Position numbers and translations under genes: made by a program. This document shows positions 27,089-39,425 of a stretch of DNA of 64,000 nucleotides, piece by piece. The notes beneath the pieces were generated by a model. The model was not told the origin of the DNA. It was given only the letters and a program-made list of their open reading frames with translations, and did no database searches. This DNA is from Eledone cirrhosa (taxonomy: Eukaryota). Numbering within the stretch: position 1 is the stretch's first letter; each line of letters opens with the position of its first letter. The DNA lies in assembly GCA_964016885.1 (NCBI GenBank), contig OZ024757.1, forward strand, positions 35,278,001 through 35,342,000, read 5' to 3'.

Positions 27089-27173
27089 ACGAAAAGACAC
27101 ACACATATATATACATACACGCAGACATACACCTGTGTGTATGTGTATGTGCGTGTGTGCGTGTCTTTGACTG

Positions 27174-27209
<36 letters not shown>

Positions 27210-27309
27210 GTGTATATATATACAGACACACACTGTTGTTTCTTGATTTTTAGCTGCTGTTTCTAAAGTGTCTATTAATATATGCTAGAAATAGCAGTCA
27301 AGGGAACAT

Positions 27310-27711
27310 TTACGTATATATATGTAAGGACAGTGACACCTGCTGCAACAGGCATCCAACCTCGTGGGACTCCATCCTCAGACGGGCCACAGACACTCCG
27401 ATGTTGCGGAGGAGCTCGGCTGTAATGGGTCCAAGTTGGCCTGGGGTCTCGACGGCGCCTGGTGCGTAGAAGAAGCTCCAGGACAAACACCGGAATTTGT
27501 TTATTTTATGTTCATCTGCGAGACGGGCAGCGATGCTGGGGTTTGTGGATCTACCTCCTTCGAATGGGAAGAGGGTGATTCCCTCGGGGTGCTTGCCATC
27601 TCCGCGGCCTAGGCCTGCTGGCTCCAGTTGAAATGGAAATTCAGCTGCGTCCAGGCTTCTTCTCACTATGTCGTTGAGAGCATTTATGTGGCTCACACAC
27701 GCGGAGGCCAA
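27310..27711 (-). mobile_element. CRE-clade non-LTR retrotransposon fragment (degenerate RLE domain)
   Basis: H..LNDIVRRSL...EPAGLGRGDGKHPEG.TLFPF..G (RPD motif decayed) ... AVETPGQLG ... LLQQVSLSL; the WDVT segment is missing. Confidence 0.8.
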
Positions 27712-28377
27712 GGCGTTGGGCTACTCCGGTGCGAGTTCAATCATCATCAAGAATTTATTTGAATTGAAAGGTCACTAAACTAATATAGGAGTGTCATTTA
27801 AAAATAAGGTAAACAGAAATAGTTACACCGGTAACATAATTACTGTTACACCGGTAGTTCACTAACAAATCATTTCACGTTCGTCTCTAACAGGTAATGT
27901 TTTAATTTGCTATCCATGTTGGGGAGTAACTGTAGTTTGGCTTGCTAGGGGTCATACATCTTCATACACACACACATACTATACATATATATAATTATAT
28001 GTAAAGTCAGCTCCGTATTTAGCACAAATGAGGCATGTTCTAGTTATGAGGCCTCTTTCTTTGGCTCAGTAGGATGTAGGCTTGTTAAAATAATTCTTTT
28101 GGTAGGAAGATGGGCCCTCCTGTGTAGATTCCTTCCTTAATATTTCAGATAGGAGCGACCGTTTATGTCTTCCTTTAGTTGTTCATTCCTTATTTTCAGT
28201 AATGTCCTTTCCGACCATAATTATGTCGGCGACGTAAGCATAAGTCTAATTTATTCTTTAATGAAGGGTAGATCCTTCGATAGTGGAGGCCCGTGGTCTT
28301 ACGATCATATGTGTATTCGATTCCTGGACTGTGTTGTTAGTTGTTTTACTTGAGCAAAAACTTAATTTCACATAGGT

Positions 28378-28500
28378 GGGGGGTTAACCCTGCGATGGAC
28401 TGACATCATGTCCAGGGGGAAGTCATGTACTCTCAGTCCCTTTACGCTAGAGGAACTGGGACAGGCACCTGCTTGATAAGTCTCCAGGCTTGAGCTGACT
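28378..28500 (+). mobile_element. SINE central/3' fragment (Meta-domain-like)
   Basis: accctgcgatggactgacatcatgtccagggg...tactctcagt; related to 39300-39425, 39845-39960 and 54350-54440. Confidence 0.6.
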
Positions 28501-28924
28501 TTACACTTTGGAAATCCTTAGATATTCTTCTTGGTGATATATTTGTTAGCTTTGACTTTAATTCATCTGTTTACACCACTAATAATTCATAGATAGAAAA
28601 ACGTTTGTGGCTTTAGTACACCTTTAGGCTTTAATTTCAATTACTGACTATGTCTAACGAAGTAATAACTGGAGCTACTAAACCAGGGTTTCCTAACCTG
28701 GTGATATCAACCACCGGTGGCCGATTTCAACTTGGTCGCTTCGGCCACAAACCCGGGTACCGCGGCCCACGAAGGAAAGGAAGATAAACAAATATCAGAG
28801 GATTGTCCGGCTTCTTCCTCTTGGCACCTGTAGCCACCATGACGTATAAGTATAAATATATATATCATCATTTTCATTTTACGTCTGCTTTTCCCTGTTT
28901 GCAAGGGTGGGACATATATATATA

Positions 28925-31100
28925 TCATCATCATTATACATCCACTTTTCCCTGCTTATAAGGGTGGGACAGATCCTCTTCAGCGCAGCATCTCTCCTTC
29001 ATCATCTCCTCTGAGCTTCAACGATCTGAGGTCAGCTCTCACTACCTCTGCCCATATCTTCCTTGGTCTTCCTCTACTGCATATTCCTCCCACTGGAATT
29101 ACTTGGCACTTCTTCACCCTGCGGTAATCCTGCATACGCATCGCATGGCCATACCAACGCAGTCTTTTCTCCCGCACACTGCAGTTTATCCTTCTTATAG
29201 AGTTTCACTCTCAACTCGTCCATGCTTGGTCTTTCACGCACATTGACATTGCACATCCAATGGAGCATGCTTGCTTCATTTCTCTTCAGCCTTCGCATAT
29301 CCTCTGCAGTTGCTGCCCATGTCTCACTACCATGCAACATTGTGCATCTCACACAGGCATCAAACAACCAACCTTTTGTATGCAGGGAGAAACCCTCTTT
29401 GTCACCAGAGGAGGCAGCTCCCTAAACTTCTTCCAGCCCGTCCTTATTCTAGATACTATGGCCTCGGAACCCCCCCCCCCTCCCATACTAATCTGATCAC
29501 CTAGGTACTGAAGCTATCAACCACTTTTATAGAACCAACTTGCATTTGAAAAATGTGTCTATCAATACGACTTCTACTGTCAAATTTCCCTGTACATCTA
29601 CTGCATACGTAGTTTTCCCTACCTGTTAGTTTGCCTGCTATCCCACTACATCTCGTGTGTACCCAAGATCTGCATTGTGTACATTTTATAGAATGTATGC
29701 CAGTTCCTTTTCTGCATATCAAACATGGCCATCAGAGTTTTGTCCTTTTTTCTACTTATCAACACTTTTGTTTTAGCTGGGTTCACTCTCAGTCCTCTTA
29801 ATTCCAACTGCTGTTTCCATAGCCAGAATTTATTCTCTAGCTCCTCTACTGATTCTGCTATAAAAACCAGATTGTCAGTATAGAGAAGTTCCCATGGGCA
29901 GCTAGTCTTAAACTCCTCTGTTATGGCTTGGAGGACTATAATGAAGAAGAGCGGGCTGAGGACCGAACTCTGATGGACTCCTCCTTGTATCTGGAATTCC
30001 TCACTAAACTCCATTCCTACCCTCACTTTACAGACAGCACCTCTGTACAAAGCTCGTACTGTCCTCACAAGCCATTCCTCAACACCTAGTTTCCTTAGGG
30101 ATCACCAGATGACAGACTGGGGTACACTATCAAAGGCTTTCTCTAGGTCAACAAAAGCTAAGTATAATGGCTTATTCTTCTCTAAGAAGAGGGCATCGGT
30201 TGTACTTTTCCCAGGCACAAAACCAAACTGCATCTCATCTAGTTTGACTCTTTCTCTAATTAGTTGCTCTAATATCCTTTCTGCCACTTTCATAACCTGA
30301 TCCATCAGTTTTCTGCCTCTATAATTGATCCTCTCCAGAGCATCCCCTTTACCTTTGTAGCAATTTATGAGAATACTGCTGCACCAGTCTTTGGGTATGA
30401 CTCCGCCATATATAGCTTGATTGATTATGCTTGCAACCAGTTTAGTACCTACTTCTCCTCATGCCTTCAGCATCTCAGCAACTATCCCTGATGGTCCAGC
30501 TGCCTTACCATTTTTCCTTTCTTTAATTGCCTCTTTGACCCTATAGTCAACAATCACAATAGCTGGTCCCTCTGTTCGGTCAAATGTGGGTAGTTTCTCT
30601 CTCTCCCATTCATTCTCCACATTCATCAGCCTCTCATAATGGCATTTCCAGGCCTCCTTTTTCTGATCATTATTGACACTGAGTACACCAGCATCATTCC
30701 GGACACATTTATCTCCAACAACATCCTGATTTACACTGACACACTGGCTTGCAATGCGGAACACCGCACGTCTTTGATCTTCCCGTCACAGAACATTGGC
30801 AACCCTCTTATTCTCAGCCTCCCTGCGTGCTAAGTACACCTGACGTCTAGCTTCTTTCTTAGCGGCTGTGCATCGGTCTCTACTCCCACCATTTATCCAA
30901 GTGTTCCATGCTAGTCTTTTGTCTCTAATGGCCTTATCTACCGTGTTGTCCCACCACCAGGTCACTCTCTGTCTGGTCGGAGCTCTGCTCCAGCCACAAG
31001 TGTCTTCAGCAGCCTGCAGTAAGTTGTCACATAAGAAATTCCAGTTATTATCTATGTCATACGATTCTAAAACGGCTTCTTTCTCGTCATACACATCTTG
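28925..31100 (-). mobile_element. RTE-clade LINE, 5'-truncated and frameshifted (copy 1)
   Basis: RT motifs KAAGPSG, QFGFVPGKST, FVDLEKAFD, GVHQSSVLSP and LYTDN (decayed YADD); C-terminal GSETW and RLRWYGH; (ATG)n tail. Confidence 0.95.
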
Positions 31101-31110
31101 AAGGGCTTAA

Positions 31111-31317
31111 CCCTTAGCATTAAAACCAGCTGTAACCGGCCAGAATTCTCTCACCTCTTTCTGTTCAAACCAGCCCTAATTAACCACTCATACTGATGTT
31201 AAAGCATTGTTCTGAAAATAAATAATATCGAAATCTCATAGATTCGATATTATGTGAGATAAAGCCGTTACTGTGAAAATACAATAGTATATATAGAGTA
31301 ATGTGAATGCTAAAGGG
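31111..31317. mobile_element. piggyBac-like MITE
   Basis: TTAA|CCCTTAGCATT ... AATGCTAAAGGG|GTAA: terminal inverted repeats with a TTAA-like target duplication. Confidence 0.55.
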
Positions 31318-32127
31318 GTAAGAGATTTAATATTCTTAAGATTTAGATGTTTAAACTAATTTTAGTAAATTAAATTTGTTGCTTGTTTAGTTTTTCTTGT
31401 ATTCACTTCTTTAAAAACCACAGTGTTGCTACCACGGTTGTTATGGCTACCTCCCACCACTCCTCTCTCTATCAATGGAAGCAGACGACCAGGAAATATA
31501 TATTAAAATATTATAAATAAATCGCTGATTTTATTTTATCTAACTTTGTCTTGTTTATCTCATTCTGTTCTTTATAAACCCATTTATAACATTTTATTAG
31601 GTTTTCTCAACGTAAACATCGGCGATTTCCCCCTCTCTATATATCTTATACTCTCTCTCTCTCATATGATTAGAAAATGTTAAAAATAACAGCCAAATCT
31701 ATCAACCTCTTATTTCTCACCTTCTCTTTACATCTATCACTCTGTCAGAAGTAAAGAGAGATGAGAAATAAGAGATAGATAGAGGGTGAGAAATACGAAG
31801 AAGAAAGAATAAAAGAAGTAAAGATAGGGTGAGAAATATGAGGTAGATAGAGTAATAGAAATAAAGAGAGGGTGAGAAATACGAGGAAGAAAGTGTAATA
31901 GAAGAAAAGAGAGGGTGAGAAAGTAGAGGTAGATAGAGTAATAAAAGTAAAGAGAGGGTGAGAGAATTGAGTGTGTGACACATTCGTCTTTCTATCTCTC
32001 TCTATTTCTCCTCCTTCCATGTATTATTGTCTCTTACTACTCATCGTAAAAGATGATCCCCGCGCCATCTTTCGAGTAAGCAATGAAACTCTAAAGAACC
32101 ATGGGTGATAACTCTATTTGAAAAATT

Positions 32128-32205
32128 GAGGCGCCGGAAGGGTTCGAACCCATGTAACGTCATGATGCTAATGTTTGTAAGCCGAGTCGCTAACCACCCG
32201 TCTAC
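32128..32205 (-). pseudogene. tRNA-like or SINE-head remnant
   Basis: Minus strand has TGGTTAGCG and a GGGTTCGAACCC T-arm, with extra bases that break a cloverleaf. A partial second copy lies near 32300. Confidence 0.4.
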
Positions 32206-33085
32206 ATAAGTAACTGTTCGTAGCGCCCTCTTTCACTAAACAGTGAAACTATATAAAAAGACTAGGAGATAACTCGTGTGGCACTATAGAGAAGAGTGTA
32301 AGATTCGAACCATGTAACGTTACAGCCCTAAGGTTAGTAAGCGGAGCTACGGATTTAAAAGGAAAATCGCGTTTAAAATAAGCTTTATAAAGATAAACCA
32401 AATTTTATGTGACTCCATTTTGTTTGTTATTGTTTCTTTTACTGTTTTACTTATTTCTTATTAAATTACACTTAATTAATTCCATTAAATATTTATTCTT
32501 GCTCATATTAAATTACTGTATCTTTATTCATGTCATTGTTGCAACTTTTATTTCTACATCTTTCATTTATACCGACTGTTACACCGGTCGTATAATTACT
32601 TTTATAACACCGCTATATTACCTACATGAAAGAGGTAAATATTTATTTCTCTTGTCTTCTTAACATAGCTAGGACCGTGTATTATTTACTAGTCTCTACT
32701 CCTAGGACTTTGCTGATCTCATGTCCCCTCCATCAACACACAATCGGTAGAAAGCTGGTCGTCGGAGGTAAAGTGGCCCTGATTACAGGTCTAGTATTGA
32801 AGCCTTTCGGCTTGAGCCTTGCTGATGCCGACAGAGTTCCTGTGGTAGTTTTGGTAGCACAGGTGACATTTTATTGTGTTTAGGTACCGGCTAGTGCGGA
32901 CACAGAGAGCACGACCAAGTGTAGAGGGCCAGCTTTGAAATTCGAGCGACGGAGTGAACTAGTAAAAGAGGCAGGGTAAGCAGCATTGGTTCTAACGGTG
33001 GGACTAGAACGGAGGTTGGGTGGTGCTGGGGGTGGTCTAACAGCTAACAGTTGTAGGAATGGTGGGGGTTTGGTAGGATTAATTT

Positions 33086-35442
33086 TTACATCTGTCTGTG
33101 AACTCTTGAAAAAGCAACATACAATTGTCCAGGGTTAAATACTTGCTCAGGGAGGAACAGACTCACTTTATCATGTATTTGACCATGGTTCTTGTTGATT
33201 GTCATGGCATATGACAGTCTTAATGGAAACTGGGGTCTTTCCAAAGTAAAAGGGATGTTGGCACCACTGGGAGCTAACTTCAGTCTTCGGATCAAAACAC
33301 ACCTGCCCATCAAAGGACCATAGATATGAGAAGCTTCGATAAAATGTTTATGCAGTTCCACTACTTCTAATCTTGTGCCAATAAAATAATCTGTTCTGGA
33401 TTGAAATATTCCATAGAAGCATTATTATTGATCCTGCTTTTAATTGGAGTTTGTGAGGCGGCATCCCAGAAGGTGTAAGCAAGTTCATTTAGCTTGAACC
33501 AGGCAGCAAGGGTCCCTGCATTTCTACCATAACCTGAGCATTGCCTCTTTGAAAGTAAACTCTGTTTGTTCTCCAGGTGTGTGGCTAGGCTGTATACTGT
33601 ATGTGATGTACCATGAAGCTTAAATTCCGAGAGACACGACACTGCTTCTGGCTGAGACACATACCTGCAACAAAGATAGGTTCTTATTTCATCATGGTTG
33701 TGTTGGTTCTGAGCCTCATTAGGTAATGCATTATTCGTTACTTCTATAGATGTACAATCATGCCCCATGTAACATATTTAAAGAGGTACTTGACACTTTT
33801 TACAGAAGCGCAAACTTCAACATTAATATGTGCACAATATTTCTTAAGCAAAAAGGCATTAAATGGCACAACATTCCTGTTATCTACTGAATGTCATCCA
33901 ATTTACACTGCAGTTCCTGTCTTGCACCTCCTGTACTCTGGGTATCCATTTAGGTTCAATAATGTTTCCCTTCTGTAGGTTTTTGGATAGTTCTTTTGGA
34001 AAAATCCATTTTGTGTAAATGGGGGAAAAGGGTTTCCAGAACCACATGGCCCGTGGATCATAAACTTTTAAACCTGCTCATGTAGTACTTGATCATCTTC
34101 CAATGCAGGTATTTCTGCTGACACGATTCTGTCAATGTCTTCTCTGTTTCTTATCTTGTCTTCATTTCTTAAGGCTCAGTGTTATCATCTGTTTAGATAA
34201 TTCATTAAACCATTATACTCATCCACTCACAATTGGGCTTGATTGTTCCTCAAATATTGAAGCCTGCATCCCTCTACTTTCATATAGGCTTCCACTAAAT
34301 ACTGCTAAAATAATTTACCTGCCCTATATATCGCACTAAATCCTCCTCTATATGCTATACTGTATATGTAATACTCCTGCATTGTCAGTCTATTGCAAAC
34401 ACAGGTCCTGCATTCCTCTCCATGTCACTATGCCACCAAAATTCACCATTATGGGTCGGTCATGAGGTCCAAGTGGCATGAATTATGTGATATTTTCTGA
34501 GGAGGATGGTCTTTAGGAAAGATGATAATATCTCTTTGTACAGGTGGTCTGCCCTCAATCCCCCACAAAACAACAGCTATCATTACTAGTTGGTAAATTA
34601 TAGCAGCTCATATCTGATCCTCTTCTAAATCTTAATTCACAGTTCTGTACACGACAATTTTCTCTTCTTGCACTTTGCTGTTTGATGCCATGCATTGTAT
34701 TGTACAATTCGACATATGGATTATATTCATGCAACACCTCTCTTATCATAGCCATTTTTTGTGGTGAGCACTCATTATTTGTTGGTACTAGGGCGGTGGA
34801 TTGGCAGTATCGGTAGAGCGTCAGACACCATGCTTTGCAGCATAGGGTTATGGCCCTTTACGTTCTGGGTTCAAATCCCTCCAAGGTTGACTTTGTTTTC
34901 ATCCTTATGAGGTCGATAGAATAAAGTACCAGTAATTGCTGGCCTTGTGCCAGAAACAATTATTTGGTTGTACTTCCAATCTGTGCTACATACCTTCGTT
35001 CCCATCAATAATATATAACTGGCCATATTGTGGTGTATTTTCTGCAGGTTACAGAGATGGGGGTGTAGTGATATGTTTGACCCTGAATATGAAAGCTATA
35101 CGGGCCTCTGCCGGGTGTTAACACCAAATGAAGTGAAATAAATGTAGTTTTAATTGCAGATGTTTCTGTGAAATCAACTGCTTCCTGGCCTCTTTCAAAG
35201 AGATTTCTCAGTCTCTCGGGGTATATTTGCAATGGAGGCAACACAACCTTTCCTTTATTACAACAGTTACAATTTTCATTTCTAAATTTCAAAGCTTCAC
35301 AGTGATCACACGAAACATTCATATCACTAATATGAAATTCTTCTACGTTTCCATTAATATTAATTGTTGGCCAATTTCTCTTATGACGCTCATTATCCAT
35401 TCTTCTCTGTCAGAATGTTTTCCATTCTAAGTCTATTTGCAT
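33086..35442 (-). pseudogene. Decayed, internally deleted Helitron Rep/PIF1-helicase (copy 3) with SINE at 34790-34964
   Basis: N-terminal Zn finger; Rep motifs HGPCG, GYPEYRR and AHINVEVCASVKSVKYLFKYV..GHD; helicase end QFPLRLSYAMTINK..GQ..GQLYVAFSRV. Confidence 0.9.
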
Positions 35443-35779
35443 GGAATAATTATATTCTGTTGTTTATTATGTAATTAAATAGCTCTGTACAATACATAGA
35501 GCATTCTTCTTTTCTTTACCTTTTCTATAGAAATACAAGAACAAACATATATATATATATATATGTATATATGTACATAAACAAGACTGTTATTACTCCA
35601 ACCAGTCTATTTACCTTTGATAACTATCCTAAATATAAATACACCTATACCATACATACATATATCATATATCTTTTTGATGCCGTGGTATAGCAGAGAT
35701 AAGCAGGAAGAGAAAGGAAAAGGAGAAAAAAAAGGAAGTAAGAAGTCGGGGGAGGGACAGACACTTCACCCCAGTCTAA

Positions 35780-35947
35780 GTGGTCCCTCAGCCGCAACAC
35801 GTGGAAGAAACGTAAAAGCGTTACCTCGGAACAAGGCCAGAGACACCTGCTACAATAGTCGCCCCTCCTCACGAGGCTCCTGCCGTCTTTCCTCCCGACT
35901 TTATGGAGGAAATCAGCAGTAGGGGGACCAAGTATGGCAGAGGTCTC
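35780..35947 (-). mobile_element. CRE-clade 3' fragment (duplicate of 23420-23580), cut by satellite
   Basis: ETSAILGPPTADFLHKVGRK...QVSLALFRGNA; junction aggtctct|ggggcagagatg. Confidence 0.7.
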
Positions 35948-38758
35948 TGGGGCAGAGATGTCCGTAACATTACATGTCAGAATTATTAGCCACAGGGGCA
36001 GAGATGTCCATAACATTACATGACAGAATTATTAGCCACAGGGGCAGAGATGTCCATAACATTACATGTCAGAATTATTAGCCACAGGGGCAGAGATGTC
36101 CATAACATGTAATGTTATGGACATATCTGCCCCTGTGGCTAATCATTGTCATGTAATGTTATGGTCATCTCTGCCCCTGTCGCTAATAATTCTGTCATGT
36201 AATGTTATGGACATATCTGCCCCTGTGGCTAATAATTCTGTCATGTATTGTTATGGTCATCTCTGCCCCTGTGGCTAATAATTATGTCATGTAATGTTAT
36301 AGACATCTCTGCCCCTGTGGCTAATAATTCTGTCATGTAATGTTATGGACATCTCTGCCCCTGTGGCCAATAAATCTGTCATGTAATGTTATGGACATAT
36401 CTGCCCTTGGGGCTAATAATTGTCATGTAATGTTATGGACATCTCTGCCCCTGTGGCTAATAATTCTGACATGTAATGTTATGGACATCTCTGCCCCTGT
36501 GGCTAATAAATCTGTCATGTAATGTTATGGACATCTCTGCCCCTGTGGCTAATAAATCTGTCATGTAATGTTATGGACATCTCTGCCCCTGTGGCTAATA
36601 ATTCTGACATGTAATGTTATGGACATCTCTGCCCCTGTGGCTAATAATTCTGAAAGAGATGAAACAAGTGAGGGATTAGAGGGAGATAAAACAAGTGAGG
36701 GATTAGAGTGTTGAAACAAGAGAGAGAGAGAGGAAGAGAGAGAGAGAGCGAGATGAAATGAGACAGGGAGAGCGAGATGAAACGCGAGAGTGAGAGAAGC
36801 GAGATGAAATGAGAGAGTGAGAGCGAGATGAAACGAGACGGGGAGAGCGAGATGAAACGAGAGAGTGAGAGCGAGATGAAACGAGAGAGTGTGAGCGAGA
36901 TGAAACGAGAGAGAGAGAGCGAGATGAAACGGGAGGGAGAGAGAGATGAAACGAGAGAGAGAGGAAACGAGAGTAGAGAGCGAGATGAAACAGGAGAGAG
37001 AGAGATAGAGGGGGATGAAACGACAGAGAGAGAGACAGATGAAACGAGGGAGATAGAGATGAAACGAGATAGAGATGAAACGATAGAGAGAGATAGAGAT
37101 GAAACGAGAGAGAGGAAGAGTGAGATGGAACGAGAGAGAGACAGAGCGAGATGAAACGAGAGAGAGGAAGAGAGAGAGCGCGAGATGAAACGAGAGAGAG
37201 AGAGAGAGCGGGAGATGAAACTCGAAACGAGTGAGAGAGAGCGCGAGATGAAACGAGAGAGAGAGAGAGACGGATGAAAGGAGGGAGATAGAGATGAAAC
37301 GAGTGAGAGGAAGAGAGAGATGGAACGAGAGAGAGGAAGACAGAGATGAAACGAGAGAGAGAGAGCGAGATGAAACGAGAGAGAGCGCTAGATGAAACTC
37401 TGTCATGTAATGTTATGGACATATCTGCCCTTGGGGCTAATAATTGTCATGTAATGTTATGGACATCTCTGCCCCTGTGGCTAATAATTCTGAGATGTAA
37501 TGTTATGGACATCTCTGCCCCTGTGGCTAATAATTCTGACATGTAATGTTATGGACATCTCTGCCCTGTGTCTAATAATTCTGACATGTAATGTTATGGA
37601 CATCTCTGCCCCTGTGGCTAATAATTCTGTCATGTAATGTTATGGACATCTCTGCCCCTGTGGCTAATAATTCTGACATGTGATGTTATGGACATCTCTG
37701 CCCCTGTGGCTAATAATTCTGTCATGTAATGTTATGGACATCTCTGCCCCTGTGGCTAATAATTCTGACATGTAATGTTATGGACATCTCTGCCCTGTGG
37801 CTAATAATTCTGACATGTAATGTTATGGACATCTCTGCCCCTGTGGCTAATAATTCTGACATGTAATGTTATGGACATCTCTGCCCCTGTGGCAGAGATG
37901 TCCATAACATTACATGACAATTATTAGCCCCAAGGGCAGATATGTCCATAACATTACATGACAGACTTTTATCTCGCGCTCTCTCTCTCTCGTTTCATCT
38001 CGCGCTCTCTCTCTTCCTCTCTCTCGTTTCATCTCGCTCTCTCTCTCGTTTCATCTCTGTCTTCCTCTCTCTCGTTCCATCTCTCTCTTCCTCTCTCTCG
38101 TTCCATCTCTCTCTTCCTCTCTCTCGTTTCATCTCTCTCTCTCGTTTCATCTCTATCTCCCTCGTTTCATCTGTCTCTCTCTCTGTCGTTTCATCTCCCT
38201 CTATCTCTCTCTCGCTCTCTCGTTTCATCTCTCTCTCCCTCTTGTTTCATCTCGCTCTCTCTCTCCTGTTTCATCTCGCTCTCTACTCTCGTTTCCTCTC
38301 TCTCGTATCCTCTCTCTCGTTTCCTCTCTCTCTCGTTTCCTCTCTCTCTCGTTTCATCTAGCTCTCACTCTCTCGTTTCATCTCGCTCTCTCTCTCTCAT
38401 TTCATCTCGCTCTCTCTCTCTCGTTTCATCTCGCTCTCTCTATCTCGTTTCATCTCGCTCTCTCTATCTCGTTTCATCTCGCTCTCTCTCTCTCATTTCA
38501 TCTCGCTCTCTCTCTCTCGTTTGATCTCTCTCTTCCTCTCTCTCTCTTGTTTCAACACTCTAATCCCTCACTTCTTTCATCTCTCTCAGAATTATTAGCC
38601 ACAGGGGCAGAGATGTCTATAACATTACATGACAATTATTAGCCCCAAGGGCAGATATGTCCATAACATTACATGACAGACTTTCATCTCGCGCTCTCTC
38701 TCTCTCGTTTCATCTCGCGCTCTCTCTCTTCCTCTCTCTCGTTTCATCTCGCTCTCTC
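35948..38758. repeat. Second block of the composite macrosatellite with two orientation switches
   Basis: 46-bp arrays at 35948-36107(-), 36105-36652(+), 37399-37893(+), 37891-37964(-) and 38588-38680(-), plus GA/TC satellite. Confidence 0.95.
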
Positions 38759-38831
38759 TATCAAATTACGACTTCCCAGAGAAATGTAGCACAAAGTGGT
38801 TGTCACATATATGACCACATGATTTACACAT

Positions 38832-38889
<58 letters not shown>

Positions 38890-38937
38890 ATGAAATGACA
38901 GGAGACTGGATTTGTGTAAATCCTTGAAAGGTTTATT

Positions 38938-38995
38938 ATACTATGATCATTTCAATGACCGGGTTCCGTATGAATCCGGTGATATCATCAGGTAT
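38938..38995 (-). ncRNA. Type I hammerhead ribozyme, family C
   Basis: Minus strand: atac CTGATGA tatcaccggattc-atacg-gaacccggtcatt GAAA tgatca TA gtat; stem III is palindromic (atgatcat). Confidence 0.7.
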
Positions 38996-39175
38996 TCGAA
39001 ATATAATACGTGAATGTAATAGATAAAATCCATGGAGCTGAAAATCCGCTCGGGACAATTTACCCACTTAGGCCCCCCATCACTGTAGGTGGCCCGGGTC
39101 AATTTACCCCCTTTGCCCCCTCCCTCCTCCCCCCTCCACCATCACCATTAAATCCGATCCCACCCATAGCTTCAT

Positions 39176-39425
39176 GAAGGCGCATGGCCTAATGGTTAGG
39201 GTTCCATTCCTGGACAAGCTGCTGCGTTGCGTTCTTGATCAAAACACTTTATCTCACGTTGCTCCAGTACACTCAGCTAAGAGTGAGTCAGCAATAATAG
39301 CTGGGGAGAGTTAAACCTGCGGTAGATCAGTGTACTGTCTAGGGAGTGAGTCTTGTACTCTCAGTTGCTTAACGCCACGGAAACCGGGATAAGCACCGGC
39401 CTGGAGTTTCTGGACTCGAGACAAA
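39176..39425 (+). mobile_element. tRNA-headed SINE with Meta-like domain
   Basis: Head ggcgcatggcctaatggttagg; body aacctgcgg...actctcagttgcttaacgccacggaaaccggg. Confidence 0.65.

Noticed and set aside
32128-32350. Functional tRNA gene
   Set aside because: Extra bases and no pairable acceptor stem; more likely a SINE head or pseudogene.
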